Below are positions 1-10,818 of a DNA stretch of 64,000 nucleotides, in pieces. The stretch lies in the NCBI GenBank assembly GCA_043228905.1, contig JBHGNT010000051.1, positions 114,669-178,668 of the forward strand, in the 5' to 3' direction. The notes beneath the pieces are model-generated. The model did not search any database and was not told the origin of the DNA. It saw nothing but the letters and a program-made list of their open reading frames with translations. A program made the position numbers and the translations under genes. Within the stretch, counting starts at the first letter, position 1. Each line of letters begins with the position of its first letter. This DNA is from Azolla caroliniana. Taxonomy: Eukaryota > Plantae > Polypodiophyta.

Positions 1-16
1 CCTTGAACGCTTCAAG

Positions 17-399
17 ATGGTATCAGCTAAATCTACCTCTACCCCACTCCCTATTAGTACTCGACTCTCTCGACGAGATTGCACAACATCCGGTCCGGAG
101 GGGGAAATTATGAATTCGGTACCGTATGCACCGGCAGTTGGCTCCCTAATGTACATGATGGTCGCAACACGGCCTAATATCGCTCATGTCGTTGAAGTCA
201 TCAGGAGATTTATGCATAATCCCGACCGATCGCACTCGAACGCAATCAAGCATGTGTTCAGATATCTAGTGGGCACAAAAGACCTTTGTATTATATTCGG
301 CCCGAACAACATCTCAAGCGTGGTCGGATCCACTAACTCTGACTTTGTGGGTTGCATTGACAGCCGTAAATCGACAACCGGGTATTGCTTCAAATTTGG
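17..399 (+). pseudogene. pol: D1 RT C-terminus/RNase H start (Copia pol fragment)
   Basis: VPYAPAVGSLMYMMVATRPNIA...RKSTTGYCFKF; interrupted at 400 by A1. Confidence 0.9.
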
Positions 400-799
400 T
401 GTAAATGAATATGTTGTGCGGAAGATTGTGCGTAAACGCAGAGTACACAGTTCGGAAGAATAAGACAATTTGGAGATGGAGAGGGAGAGACAGAGAGAGC
501 AGACAACACAGTTCTATTTCAAAATAATGACACTCAGTTCTGTACATACTTCGTGCTCATTGAGCACCGTATATACAAGCCCTGACAATCGGGCTGACAC
601 AAGTACTGACAGTACTTGACGCTCATAAATGAGCCGCTACACTTACTCCCAAAATTATTCCTTACGAGGAATATCTCTCTAACTGCCTTTCGATTTACGC
701 ACCGATACGACGAGGTTGTGCATACTATTTTACGCACCCAGTCTACGCACTGGGTTACGCTGCGTACTTCGCACCGAATGTTGAGCTTGTCTCTCAACA
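400..799 (-). repeat. A1 3' LTR
   Basis: Diverged direct repeat of 12316-12745; adjacent PPT CTTGAGGGGGAG(-). Confidence 0.93.
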
Positions 800-1319
800 C
801 TCCCCCTCAAGCTCAACTTGAGGTTCCGTCTGCTCTTCCGGATCTACGCTCTGGTTCCTTCTGGCTTCACGGCTCGCTCGCGCTCTTCGACCCGTTCGAT
901 TCCACGCGCTTCGACCCTTCTAGGCGGCTTGTCTGCTCGTTCGGCCCTTCTCAACACCCTTGTTGTCGCGGTCTCGGCAAGTCCTCCGCAGCCCTTTTCT
1001 CTACATGGCCTTCAGTTGATTCAACGTATCCGAAACAAACATCCGAACCGACTCGGCTTCCTCCGATTGATTTTCGTTTTCGTCCGAGTTGGTTGTCTCC
1101 AACTCGTCTTCAGTATTTTCACCCTTGATGGCTTCATCTCCCCCATGCTTGGCTGACTTCAGCTCTTTCCTATGATTGCGGCCCTTGCTTCTTCCTTCGG
1201 CTTCTTCAGCCGATTCGAAAATGAATTCCTCATCTGATTCCTCATCACGGTCACTTCCGGCGTGATGCTTACCTCCGCTCCTTTCACGCTCTTGTCCCTA
1301 TTCTTCCTTTCTCCCCCTC

Positions 1320-2533
1320 AAGTTCGGTGTGTCGAGGTGACGCAACCCTAGCTCACCGGAGAAATGTTGTAACTTGTCGAGACTTGTCAAGATGTCAGCA
1401 ACTTGCCGATCTGTCAGAACATACGCTAGTTCGACTTCACCTCAAAGGACCCGCTCGCGGACAAAATGGTAATGCACCACAATGTGCTTGGTCCAGGCGT
1501 GGAACACTGGGTTCTTTGCAAGGTGAATATTGCTAAGGTGGTCGCAATGGATCATCGTCGGATCAAACACCTCTACCTACAGATCCCGTAATATCCGTTT
1601 CAACCAAATGACTTCGCACGTAACGACAATCGCCCCTCGATATTCGGCCTCCGTGCTCAACAATGCTACTGTCGGCTGCTTCTTGCTGCTCCACGTAATC
1701 GCCACACTTCCTAATGAGAATGTGTATCCAGATGTGGATCGACGATCGTGGTCATTTCCGGCCCAATCGGCATCCGAGTAGTCGACTAACTGTTCGGCTA
1801 CTCCAGCTCGATATAGCAACGTCATGTCTTTCGTGCCGCTTACATATCGAAGTATCCGTTGCACGCACTGAAAGTGTTCGGCCGTAGGCTGCGACATGAA
1901 TTGACTGATCATGCCAACCGGGTAACTGAGGTCCGGCCGAGTAATAGTCAAATAGATGAGGCTTCCAACAATCTGTAAGAACCGTGTCGGGTCACACGCC
2001 TTGCCTGAATCTGGGCGAAGCTTCGGGTTTCTATCCAGAGGGGTCGAGATGGGCTTACAGTTTGTCATCCCGAACTTGAAGAGCATATTCAGCGCATAAT
2101 GACGTTGGCTGATCAATATGCCTTCGGGGGTACGGATCACTTCGATCCCGAGGAAGTAATGAAGGTCCCCGAGATCCATCATTTCAAACAATGCCGCAAG
2201 CCGAGACTTCACGCAGCGGATTTCGTCAAGGTCGGCACCGGCGATGACTAAATCATCAACGTACAAGAGCAAACTGACCGGTCCATATTGTCCTTGCCGA
2301 ACAAATAGAGAAGAGTCTGATTTCGACGGCGCAAACCCCATCCTACACAACTGTTGCGTAATCTTTGCGTTCCAAGCTCATGATAGTCCACGTCGTGCTT
2401 CTGTGCGTAGCCTTTCGCTACCAACCTGGCCTTGTATCGGTTGACCGAGTTGTCGGTGTTGTACTTAACATTGTATACCCACTTACATCCGATTGGCTTC
2501 ACACCTTTCGGTGCGTCAACCATGTCCCAGGTT
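1320..2533 (-). pseudogene. pol: A1 RT/RNase H remnant with an internal deletion near 2378
   Basis: WVYNVKYN..YKARLVAKG, LLYVDDLVI, SDADWAG, STEAEYR. The segment between DYHE and AWNAKI that is present in A2 is missing. Confidence 0.9.
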
Positions 2534-2538
2534 CCATT

Positions 2539-2996
2539 TGTTGTAGGTTTTAGAGTTAGGGTTAGGGTTAAGGATGATGATGGTTAACGATGACGAAGAT
2601 AGACATGGTGAAATAGCAAAGATGATGAAGAGTATGATGGTGAGAGAGATCATGTGCATTGACAAGCATTGCGGGGTGGGGGGGTGGTGCCTAGAATGGC
2701 TCCACCCCCCTCCCAAGGGGATTCAACGTTGAGGGGGAGAGAGAGAGAGAGAGAGAGAGAGATGAAAAGAGAGATAGATAGAGAGAAATGATTCATTCAT
2801 CTTTCATTCATTCCCCATAGGGGGTTAAATAGTACAAGAGGGGGTAGATACATAGGGGTGTAAGCCCCCTCGAGCATTCATACTGGACACTCACTCGCAC
2901 CTCCTCGTATCCATCCACATGCACACACGTGTGCATGTGTTCACATACGTATAGACTCACAATTACATTTATGTCCCCTACACATACACAACAACA
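2539..2996 (-). repeat. X 3' LTR, containing an (AG)n tract and TTAGGG-like units
   Basis: First ~326 bp repeated at 4988-5313; inverted termini TGTTGT/ACAACA. Confidence 0.8.
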
Positions 2997-4971
2997 TCAT
3001 GATAACATTCGACCCTCGCTCATCACATTGACTCTCCATAAATCTCGTACGGGGTAACACAATATGGCACGCCCGTGGGAGAGTGCCTTGCACGTCGATC
3101 CCACATGCCTTGATGATGATATTTCTTCGACCGGAACTTCCATCGGTCCTTTCAACGATCGACTCCCTCGATCGGAGTGCTTGACTCGAACATCTTTGTC
3201 GGTCAGCAAATCTTTCCGCGACACAACATTCTCGTTCTGTCGGCTTACGAACTTCGTCATGGGTCTAAAATAACATTGTGTGTATGTGTGTTCTTCTTTC
3301 TATTTTGTGAGTTATCGTGATTCAATTACATTGATTTCATTCAAGTTGATGAGTTTTTAAAATGATGTATTATACCCTCAAATTTCTAAAATTTCATTCC
3401 GTACCCTCACGGTTTTGAAATTTCATTTGCTAACCTCAAGTTTTTAAAATCTCACAAATGCCCCTCTCTTCTCTTTTTTCCTCTCTCTTGTTTTTCGGTT
3501 TCATCTATAATTTCACTTTTACTTTTAGGTCATTTTTTCCATTTTTCTGTTTGTCTTCTTCTCATTTTCTTACATTTTTTTTTTTTTCCCCTTACATTTT
3601 GCGTCTTCTCTAGTCTTCTACTCTTGCGTGCTTCCTTCTTCTTGGTGTTAACCGTTGCATCTTCTGTTCTTCTTGTCTTTCATTTCCTTTTCTCTGTTCT
3701 TCCACTGCTAATGGTGCTTCTCTTTCCTCTTTGTTCCATCGTTTCTCTTCTTTCTTTCTTTGCGAGTTCTTCTTGTTTGATGTCTTCTGCAAATCTTCTC
3801 TCTTTCTTCCTTTGTTTCTTCCACTTCTTCTTGTTCTATTTTGGTGTTTCGGGGTAGGGAGGAAACACGACCGTCACTCTCCCTTTGCTTGCACGTCATC
3901 TCCTTCTTTGTGCTGCCGCCGTCATTTCCGTTGCCCAACCGTGGTGGTCCGTCTCTTTCCGGTCCTTACACCTGCTACCGCATCATCCTGCCGCTCCAAT
4001 CGTTGCTGTTCGGCCCGTCCGTTCTCGGCTGTTTGTCTGTGTCTCCGACTCCGTCCGGTCAGTCAGTCAAATTCGGCCGTTATTGTCTGTCCGGCCCGTC
4101 GTTTCAACGTCATCGCCGTTCTGGCCGTCGGTTCTCCGGCCATTCTTGTCGCTTTTCGGCGGTGTCGCTGTTCTGGTTGTTGTCCAGTCGTTTCTCGGGC
4201 CGCTCCGATTGCTCATGTATGGTCACTCTCCGGCCTATCCGACCGCTTGAATTGCTATTCATCGTTGTCATCGTCTCCTTCGCTTTTCGGCGGCTCTGTC
4301 CTCATCGCCGGCTCCGTTGCTTTTCGGTGTCCATGTCCCATCATTTGGCTGTTGCCATTGTCGTGGCTGTGCATTTCGGAAATCGTCTCTATCGCTCTTC
4401 GGCTCTGTCCGGCCGTCGTCCCACTGTCTTCCAATCGTGTGTCTGGTCTGTCCGTCTGTGTGGTCGCCTGTTCGGCCCATTTGACCCATCCTATTGTGTC
4501 TTGTGTCTTTTTGGTCACCTTTGTCTAGTGCATCCGTCCGTATCTTTCGAGCACTATTGGTTGATGTCTGGTTTGCATCTGCATCTCCTCCGTCTTCTTC
4601 GGCCCTTCGGTGTTAACCGGCTCCGGTTCTGGTTCCGATTCTGGTTCCGACTCTCTCTGTGTTGCTACTTTTAGAACCACCTCTTGTGCATTCTCAGCAC
4701 ATCCTGCCGGTCTCCGCTCCACACACTGCGACTTTCTCTGCAGTCTCCTGGTGGGCTTCTCTTTCCAGTCGTGCTGGCACCGGTTCCCACTGCATCGCAG
4801 TTTGTACAGCCGTGCATCTTGCACCACGCTTTCAAAAACACGCACATTGTCGCTAACCGCATCGGAAACCCGCACATTGACACTAATCGCAACCTCGCAC
4901 AACCATTGTTGCCATTCATGCATTCCTCCATCTGTACTTCTTGGACTTCTTCATCAAAGGGGGTCCGCCGT

Positions 4972-4982
4972 TGTGGTCGCCA
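4972..4982 (-). other. PBS of X, complementary to the 3' end of plant tRNA-Arg(UCG)
   Basis: TGGCGACCACA lies 5 nt from the LTR end; tRNA identity is recalled from the plant tRNA-Arg 3' end ...TGTGGTCGCCA. Confidence 0.7.
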
Positions 4983-4987
4983 AAAGG

Positions 4988-5313
4988 TGTTGTAGGTTTT
5001 AGAGTTAGGGTTAGGGTTAAGGATGATGATGGTTAACGATGACGAAGATAGACATGGTGAAATAGCAAAGATGATGAAGAGTATGATGGTGAGAGAGATC
5101 ATGTGCATTGACAAGCATTGCGGGGTGGGGGGGTGGTGCCTAGAATGGCTCCACCCCCCTCCCAAGGGGATTCAACGTTGAGGGGGAGAGAGAGAGAGAG
5201 AGAGAGAGAGATGAAAAGAGAGATAGATAGAGAGAAATGATTCATTCATCTTTCATTCATCCCCCATAGGGGGTTAAATAGTACAAGAGGGGGTAGATAC
5301 ATAGGGGTGTAAG
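4988..5313 (-). repeat. X 5' LTR, truncated
   Basis: Matches 2539-2864 with about one substitution, then diverges abruptly after GGGGTGTAAG. Confidence 0.85.
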
Positions 5314-5487
5314 TAATACAAAAGTAATTATTGCGTGTTTATCTGTGTCTTTGTATTGTTTTACCGTCTGTTCTTAATTGTAATCATCTTACACGTGTAA
5401 CCTAGCGTCCAATCCTTACCACCCCTTTGGAGAAGTGTCGGATAGACACCTGTGTTGAGGCTAGTCCGGCCAGGCAGACAAACTATT

Positions 5488-6096
5488 TGTTGGGAATCGA
5501 TGCTTCGATTCACCTTCTTCACTCGGCCACAACCGAGTAATCGCGGATCAATGCAGCAGAAAATAGAAACCAAAAGAGAGAAACACACGAGTACACAGGG
5601 ATTAACGTGGAAAACCCTAGATGGGAAAAACCACGGGAGTACAAGACTCCAAACAACACTATACAAGAGAAGTATACAATGACGAGCTCCAAGGCGACGA
5701 CCTTGAGCTCGCTGTCCTCGCCACAGGCGGCGGAAATACACAGAGGCGTCGTCCTCTTCCTCTCTCGCGCTCTATCTCTCACTCTGTCTCACGGCTGCTC
5801 CCTCTTCACTCCTCTTGAGTGGAAAAACAGAAAAATGATAAGCAACAACAAAACAGTTTGCCCTAAGTCATATTTATACATATATGACTTTGGGGCTATT
5901 TACAACTATAGCCTCAGGGGCCCATAGCAGACATATTCACGGATATGTCCCTGTATTCGGATCGCTCTCCGGGTACATTCGTCATCCGGCTCCGAAGTCG
6001 GGGTCTTCATCATCCGGTTCCGAAACCGAAACCGGGCTTGTCGGCATTCATCTCCGACATCCGACCATCCCATCCGAAGGGACCGTAATCCCAACA
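5488..6096 (-). repeat. B1 3' LTR
   Basis: TGTTGGG..CCCAACA, direct repeat of 10210-10818. Confidence 0.97.
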
Positions 6097-6106
6097 AACT
6101 CCCCCT

Positions 6107-7807
6107 TCACTTCGGCATGAGATGTCTTTCCAATCCGATCCTCTTCCGGCATGCTTCCAGCTTGTCGGGTGTGAGCACCTTGGTCAGCATATCCGATCCG
6201 TTCTCGTCCGTGTGGATCTTTGTCAGCACGAACTCCTTGTCTTCTATCCTTTCCCGGATCCAGTGATATCTTCGCTGGATGTGCTTCGTCCGGGAGTGAT
6301 AGGCCGCATTCTTCGCAAGGTGGATTGCACTCTGACTGTCGCAGTAGAGTCGGTACTCCTCCTGCCGGATACCGAGCTCTCTAATGAAGTCCTTCATCCA
6401 TATTATTTCCTTGCCGGCTTCAACAGCCGCCATGTACTCTGCCTCCGTGGTTGACAACGCAACCGTCTTCTGCAGCCTCGACTGCCACGAAACAGCTCCC
6501 CCTGCATACGTCATCACATACCCTGATGTGGACCGGCTGGTATCTGCATCAGCCGACATATCCGAATCGGTGAAACCGTCGAGTTCGGGTTTACCGGAGC
6601 CGAATCGGAGGCACACGTTTGCCGTGCCCTTCAGGTATCGAAGTATCCACTTGGCCGCGTTCCAATGCTCTTTGCCGGGATTGCTCATGTACCGGCTCAC
6701 CACTCCGACTGCATATCCTATGTCCGGTCTCGTACACACCATGGCGTACATCAAGCTCCCGACGGCTGAGGCATACGGCACTTTCATCATATCCTCCTTC
6801 TCAGCCTTTGTCTTGGGACTTTGCTTGCTGGACAGCTTGCAGTTTGCCGGGAGGGTCGATCCGACCGGTCTTGCTTCCGACATGTTGAACCGGTGAAGCA
6901 CCTTCGTCACGTACTTCTCCTGTGACAGCCACAACTGCTTCTTGCTCCGGTCCCGGATGATGTGCATCCCTAGTATTTGTCTCGCCGGACCCAGGTCCTT
7001 CATTGAGAAGGTTCGGTGAAGAGCCTTCTTCAGCATCCGGATCTTGACCTGGTCCCGTCCGACGATCAACATGTCGTCCACGTACAGGAGGAGTATTAGA
7101 GAGTGTCCTCCTTCAAACTTCTTCACAAACACGCAGTGGTCGGACTGCGTTTTGAGGTACCCTTCGTCGGTCATGAAGGAGTCGAACTTCCGGTACCATT
7201 GCCGGGGAGCCTGCTTCAGTCCGTAAAGGCTCTTCTTCAACCGGCATACCAGGTGCTCCTTCCCTTTCTTCTCGAATCCTTCTGGTTGCTGCATGTAGAT
7301 CTCTTCATCGAGGTCACCGTGAAGGAATGCCGTCTTCACGTCCATCTGTTCTACCTCGAGGTCCATGCTTGCCGCTATGCTCAGCACCGTCCGGATGGAG
7401 GTCATCTTCACTACCGGGGCAAATATCTCGTCGAAGTCGACGCCCTTCTTCTGCTGGAACCCCTTCACCACGATCCTGGCTTTGTATCTCGGGGGGTTTC
7501 CGGCATCTCCCGGTTTCAGCTTGAACACCCACTTGTTTCGAAGTGCCCGCTTTCCTTTCGGCAACTCCACAAGTTCATATGTGTGGTTCTCATGCAGGGA
7601 ATCCATTTCGTCCTGCATGGCACTCAACCACCTGCGGCTCTGGGTGTCATGTTTTGCTTCTTCAAAGCTCTCCGGCTCCCCCTCGTCGGTTAGCAGCACG
7701 TGCTCTGGTTCCGGAAATCTCCGGGGGGCCCTTCTCTCTCTTAGAGGATATCTCCGTTCCGGAGCTTCGGTAACCGGTTCTTCCGATTCTTCTTCATCCG
7801 AATCCAT
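6107..7807 (-). CDS. pol: B1 reverse transcriptase-RNase H ORF (566 aa)
   Basis: [63 protein letters not shown]; uninterrupted. Confidence 0.92.
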   Translation of the reverse strand: MDSDEEESEEPVTEAPERRYPLRERRAPRRFPEPEHVLLTDEGEPESFEEAKHDTQSRRWLSAMQDEMDSLHENHTYELVELPKGKRALRNKWVFKLKPGDAGNPPRYKARIVVKGFQQKKGVDFDEIFAPVVKMTSIRTVLSIAASMDLEVEQMDVKTAFLHGDLDEEIYMQQPEGFEKKGKEHLVCRLKKSLYGLKQAPRQWYRKFDSFMTDEGYLKTQSDHCVFVKKFEGGHSLILLLYVDDMLIVGRDQVKIRMLKKALHRTFSMKDLGPARQILGMHIIRDRSKKQLWLSQEKYVTKVLHRFNMSEARPVGSTLPANCKLSSKQSPKTKAEKEDMMKVPYASAVGSLMYAMVCTRPDIGYAVGVVSRYMSNPGKEHWNAAKWILRYLKGTANVCLRFGSGKPELDGFTDSDMSADADTSRSTSGYVMTYAGGAVSWQSRLQKTVALSTTEAEYMAAVEAGKEIIWMKDFIRELGIRQEEYRLYCDSQSAIHLAKNAAYHSRTKHIQRRYHWIRERIEDKEFVLTKIHTDENGSDMLTKVLTPDKLEACRKRIGLERHLMPK

Positions 7808-7893
7808 TTCGGGATCGGGGCCGGTTCCGGTATCGTTTTCATCTTCTTCGGCCGGTTCTGTTTCTTCACCGTCTTCGGCCGGATCCTCGAGGC

Positions 7894-9312
7894 CTACCGG
7901 TCCCTTGCCGGTCGGGACTGCTCCTTGTAGAGTGGATCCTCACCGGTCGACTTGGAGCTATTTACCTTCTTCTCCGACTCCCAGTCGGCGAGTGTCTTGT
8001 CCTCCATGAAGATGATGTCTCGACTCCTGAATATCTTCTTGTCGACCGGGTCCCATACTCGGTAGCCGAACTCGTCATCGCCGTAACCGAGGAATATGCA
8101 TGGCCGGGTCTTTGGATCTAGCTTTCCTCTCCGGTCCTTTGCCACATGCACGTATGCGAGACACCCGAACACCTTCAGATGCCGGTAGGACACTTTCTTA
8201 CCGGTCCACACTTTCTGCGGCGTGTCTCCGTCCAAAGGTACTGAGGGTGATCTGTTTATCACGTATGTCGCCATCGACATTGCCTCAGCCCAAAACCCCT
8301 TGGGTAATTTCGCATGCGCCAGCATACTCCGGACCCTCTCCATTATGGTCCGGTTCATCCTCTCGGCCAGCCCGTTCAGTTCCGGTGTCTTCGGCACAGT
8401 AAACTCGAGTCGGATTCCCTTCGAGCGACAGTACTCCTGGAACTGCCCCCGGTATTCCCCTCCGTTATCCGCTCGTATCGCTTTCAGCTTCTTGCCGGAT
8501 TCCCTTTCCACTCTCGCGTGGAGTTCTTTGAAGACGCACAACACTTGGTCCTTTGTCTTCAACGGTGCCGTCCACAGCTTCCGGCTGTGATCATCAATGA
8601 ATGTTACGAAGTACTGGGCTCCGCCATGTGACTTCGTTTCTACCTGACACACATCAGTGTGCACCAACTCCAATGGTGCGCTACGTCTCGTCGGTGGCCT
8701 TGAGTGGAAGGAGGTTCGGTTCTGTTTACCGGCCAGGCAATCGGTGCACTTCTCCAGGTGCACATGTTTCACTGGAATAAGGTTGTCTTCTGCAAGCCTC
8801 TTCATCCCCTTCTCACTCATGTGGCACAGTCTTTTGTGCCACAGCTCACCGGCAGTGTCGGTTGCCACATTCAGCTCTTCCGGACATAACCAGGCATTCA
8901 TCAGGTACAGTGTGTTGACTTTCCGGGCCCGAGCCACTATCAGGCTCCCCTTGCTGAACTTCATTACGCCGTTCCGGATGCTACCTGTGTAGCCTTCATC
9001 GTCTAGCCTCCCGGCCGAAATCAGGTTCAATCTAACCTCCGGAACGTGTCGGACATCCTTCAGCAGCATTTTGCATCCGGTCGGGGTTGTCAACCACACG
9101 TCTCCGATGCCGGCAATCCGGCACGTGCCTTCATTTCCCATCCGAACACAGCCATGCTCACCGGCTGTGTAGGAAGAGAAGTATCTTCTCTCCGGGGTCA
9201 GGTGGAACGATGCTCCGGAATCGACCACCCAGGTCGTCTCATCGCCGGCAATGTTTACTTCACTTTCTTCGGTGATGAGCATGATTTCTTCCTCACTTGC
9301 CGCGAGTGCCAT
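7894..9312 (-). CDS. pol: B1 protease-integrase ORF (472 aa)
   Basis: WVVDSGAS; HKRLCH..CTDC zinc finger; VHTD, DNGGEY, NGLAER catalytic core; RGKLDPK. Confidence 0.92.
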   Translation of the reverse strand: MALAASEEEIMLITEESEVNIAGDETTWVVDSGASFHLTPERRYFSSYTAGEHGCVRMGNEGTCRIAGIGDVWLTTPTGCKMLLKDVRHVPEVRLNLISAGRLDDEGYTGSIRNGVMKFSKGSLIVARARKVNTLYLMNAWLCPEELNVATDTAGELWHKRLCHMSEKGMKRLAEDNLIPVKHVHLEKCTDCLAGKQNRTSFHSRPPTRRSAPLELVHTDVCQVETKSHGGAQYFVTFIDDHSRKLWTAPLKTKDQVLCVFKELHARVERESGKKLKAIRADNGGEYRGQFQEYCRSKGIRLEFTVPKTPELNGLAERMNRTIMERVRSMLAHAKLPKGFWAEAMSMATYVINRSPSVPLDGDTPQKVWTGKKVSYRHLKVFGCLAYVHVAKDRRGKLDPKTRPCIFLGYGDDEFGYRVWDPVDKKIFRSRDIIFMEDKTLADWESEKKVNSSKSTGEDPLYKEQSRPARDR

Positions 9313-9327
9313 TGTTCCTTTCCGGTC

Positions 9328-10179
9328 CTACCCTCGCCGATCCGAACCTCTCCGGTCCGTGGCTCCCCGGTATGCACCGTTTCTCTCCGGTGACTTCTTC
9401 GAATCGGTGTCGTCGGCTCCGTTGTCTTTTCGGTAATGCCGACAATTCTTTCGGAAGTGCCCCGGCTTCCCACAGTGGAAGCATGTGGGCCTTCCTCTTG
9501 ACTGCGACCGGGTCCCAGACTTCTCCCGTCTTTGCGGACTCCGGTTCCATTGCCTTCCCCGATCCGATTCGGTAAGCAGCGCCTTCGAGTCGGAGGCCGG
9601 TTCTTTATCTCTCCGACGCGCTTCTTCGTTCAAAATACTTGTCTTTACCGTTTGCAAGGACAAGTTATCTTCTGTGCAGGAGGTGCTGAGAGTCACCACC
9701 AAGTTCTCCCAGCTTTCCGGCAATGTACACATCAGGATGATGGCTTGCATTGCATCCTCCAACGGGAACTTGATCGCCGCAAGCTGATTCACGAATCCCA
9801 TGAACGTGCTTACGTGTTCCACCATACTCTCGCTGTCCCGGTACTTGAGATTCACTATCTTCCTCATCAGGGAGGTCCGGTTCAACGCATTCTTCCTCTC
9901 GTAGAGGCCCGACAGCTTCTTCCACATCTCATATGCGTTGGTGTCGTTTGCCACATGTTGTAGGACGCTTACATCGACATATTGTCGGATCGTCGCTACG
10001 GCTTTCCGGTTCAGGAGCTTCCACTCCGACTCAAGTACCCCTTTCGGTATTTCCGACCTGTCAATCGGTTCGTACAGGTCCCGAACAATCAGAAGATCCT
10101 CCATCTTGATCTTCCAGTCGGCGTAATTCTGCGCATTCAGCACCATCATCCCCGGCTGCCCGCTGCCGCCGCCTTCCAT
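9328..10179 (-). CDS. gag: B1 gag with CCHC zinc knuckle
   Basis: NYADWKIKMEDLL, LPESWENLVVTL, CFHCGKPGHFRKNC; ATG at 10179 just after the PBS. Confidence 0.92.
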   Translation of the reverse strand: MEGGGSGQPGMMVLNAQNYADWKIKMEDLLIVRDLYEPIDRSEIPKGVLESEWKLLNRKAVATIRQYVDVSVLQHVANDTNAYEMWKKLSGLYERKNALNRTSLMRKIVNLKYRDSESMVEHVSTFMGFVNQLAAIKFPLEDAMQAIILMCTLPESWENLVVTLSTSCTEDNLSLQTVKTSILNEEARRRDKEPASDSKALLTESDRGRQWNRSPQRREKSGTRSQSRGRPTCFHCGKPGHFRKNCRHYRKDNGADDTDSKKSPERNGAYRGATDRRGSDRRG

Positions 10180-10209
10180 TTTCTGCAGCAGTTTGCTCTG
10201 ATACCAGTT

Positions 10210-10818
10210 TGTTGGGAATCGATGCTTCGATTCACCTTCTTCACTCGGCCACAACCGAGTAATCGCGGATCAATGCAGCAGAAAATAGAAACCAAAAGAG
10301 AGAAACACACGAGTACACAGGGATTAACGTGGAAAACCCTAGATGGGAAAAACCACGGGAGTACAAGACTCCAAACAACACTATACAAGAGAAGTATACA
10401 ATGACGAGCTCCAAGGCGACGACCTTGAGCTCGCTGTCCTCGCCACAGGCGGCGGAAATACACAGAGGCGTCGTCCTCTTCCTCTCTCGCGCTCTATCTC
10501 TCACTCTGTCTCACGGCTGCTCCCTCTTCACTCCTCTTGAGTGGAAAAACAGAAAAATGATAAGCAACAACAAAACAGTTTGCCCTAAGTCATATTTATA
10601 CATATATGACTTTGGGGCTATTTACAACTATAGCCTCAGGGGCCCATAGCAGACATATTCACGGATATGTCCCTGTATTCGGATCGCTCTCCGGGTACAT
10701 TCGTCATCCGGCTCCGAAGTCGGGGTCTTCATCATCCGGTTCCGAAACCAAAACCGGGCTTGTCGGCATTCATCTCCGACATCCGACCATCCCATCCGAA
10801 GGGACCGTAATCCCAACA
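10210..10818 (-). repeat. B1 5' LTR
   Basis: Followed on the minus strand by AAC + TGGTATCAGAGC. Confidence 0.97.

Larger units (their letters stand above)
5488..10818 (-). mobile_element. B1: full-length, very young Ty1/Copia element (Tnt1/Tork-like)
   Basis: 609-bp LTRs at 5488-6096 and 10210-10818, with one substitution seen. TSD CTATT at 5483-5487 and 10819-10823. PBS-iMet at 10195-10206(-). PPT GTGAAGGGGGAG at about 6099-6110(-). Domain order gag-PR-IN-RT-RH. Confidence 0.97.

Noticed and set aside
2545-2570. Telomere or interstitial telomeric array
   Set aside because: Only 2-3 units, duplicated as part of an LTR
3610-4674. Long overlapping ORFs (265 and 277 aa) in the interior of X
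   Set aside because: Low-complexity pyrimidine-rich sequence open in several frames; no recognisable domain
5361-6120. Short ORFs duplicated at 10146-10950 (likewise 15920/18710 and 39721/49143)
   Set aside because: They repeat only because they lie in LTR pairs; no coding signature
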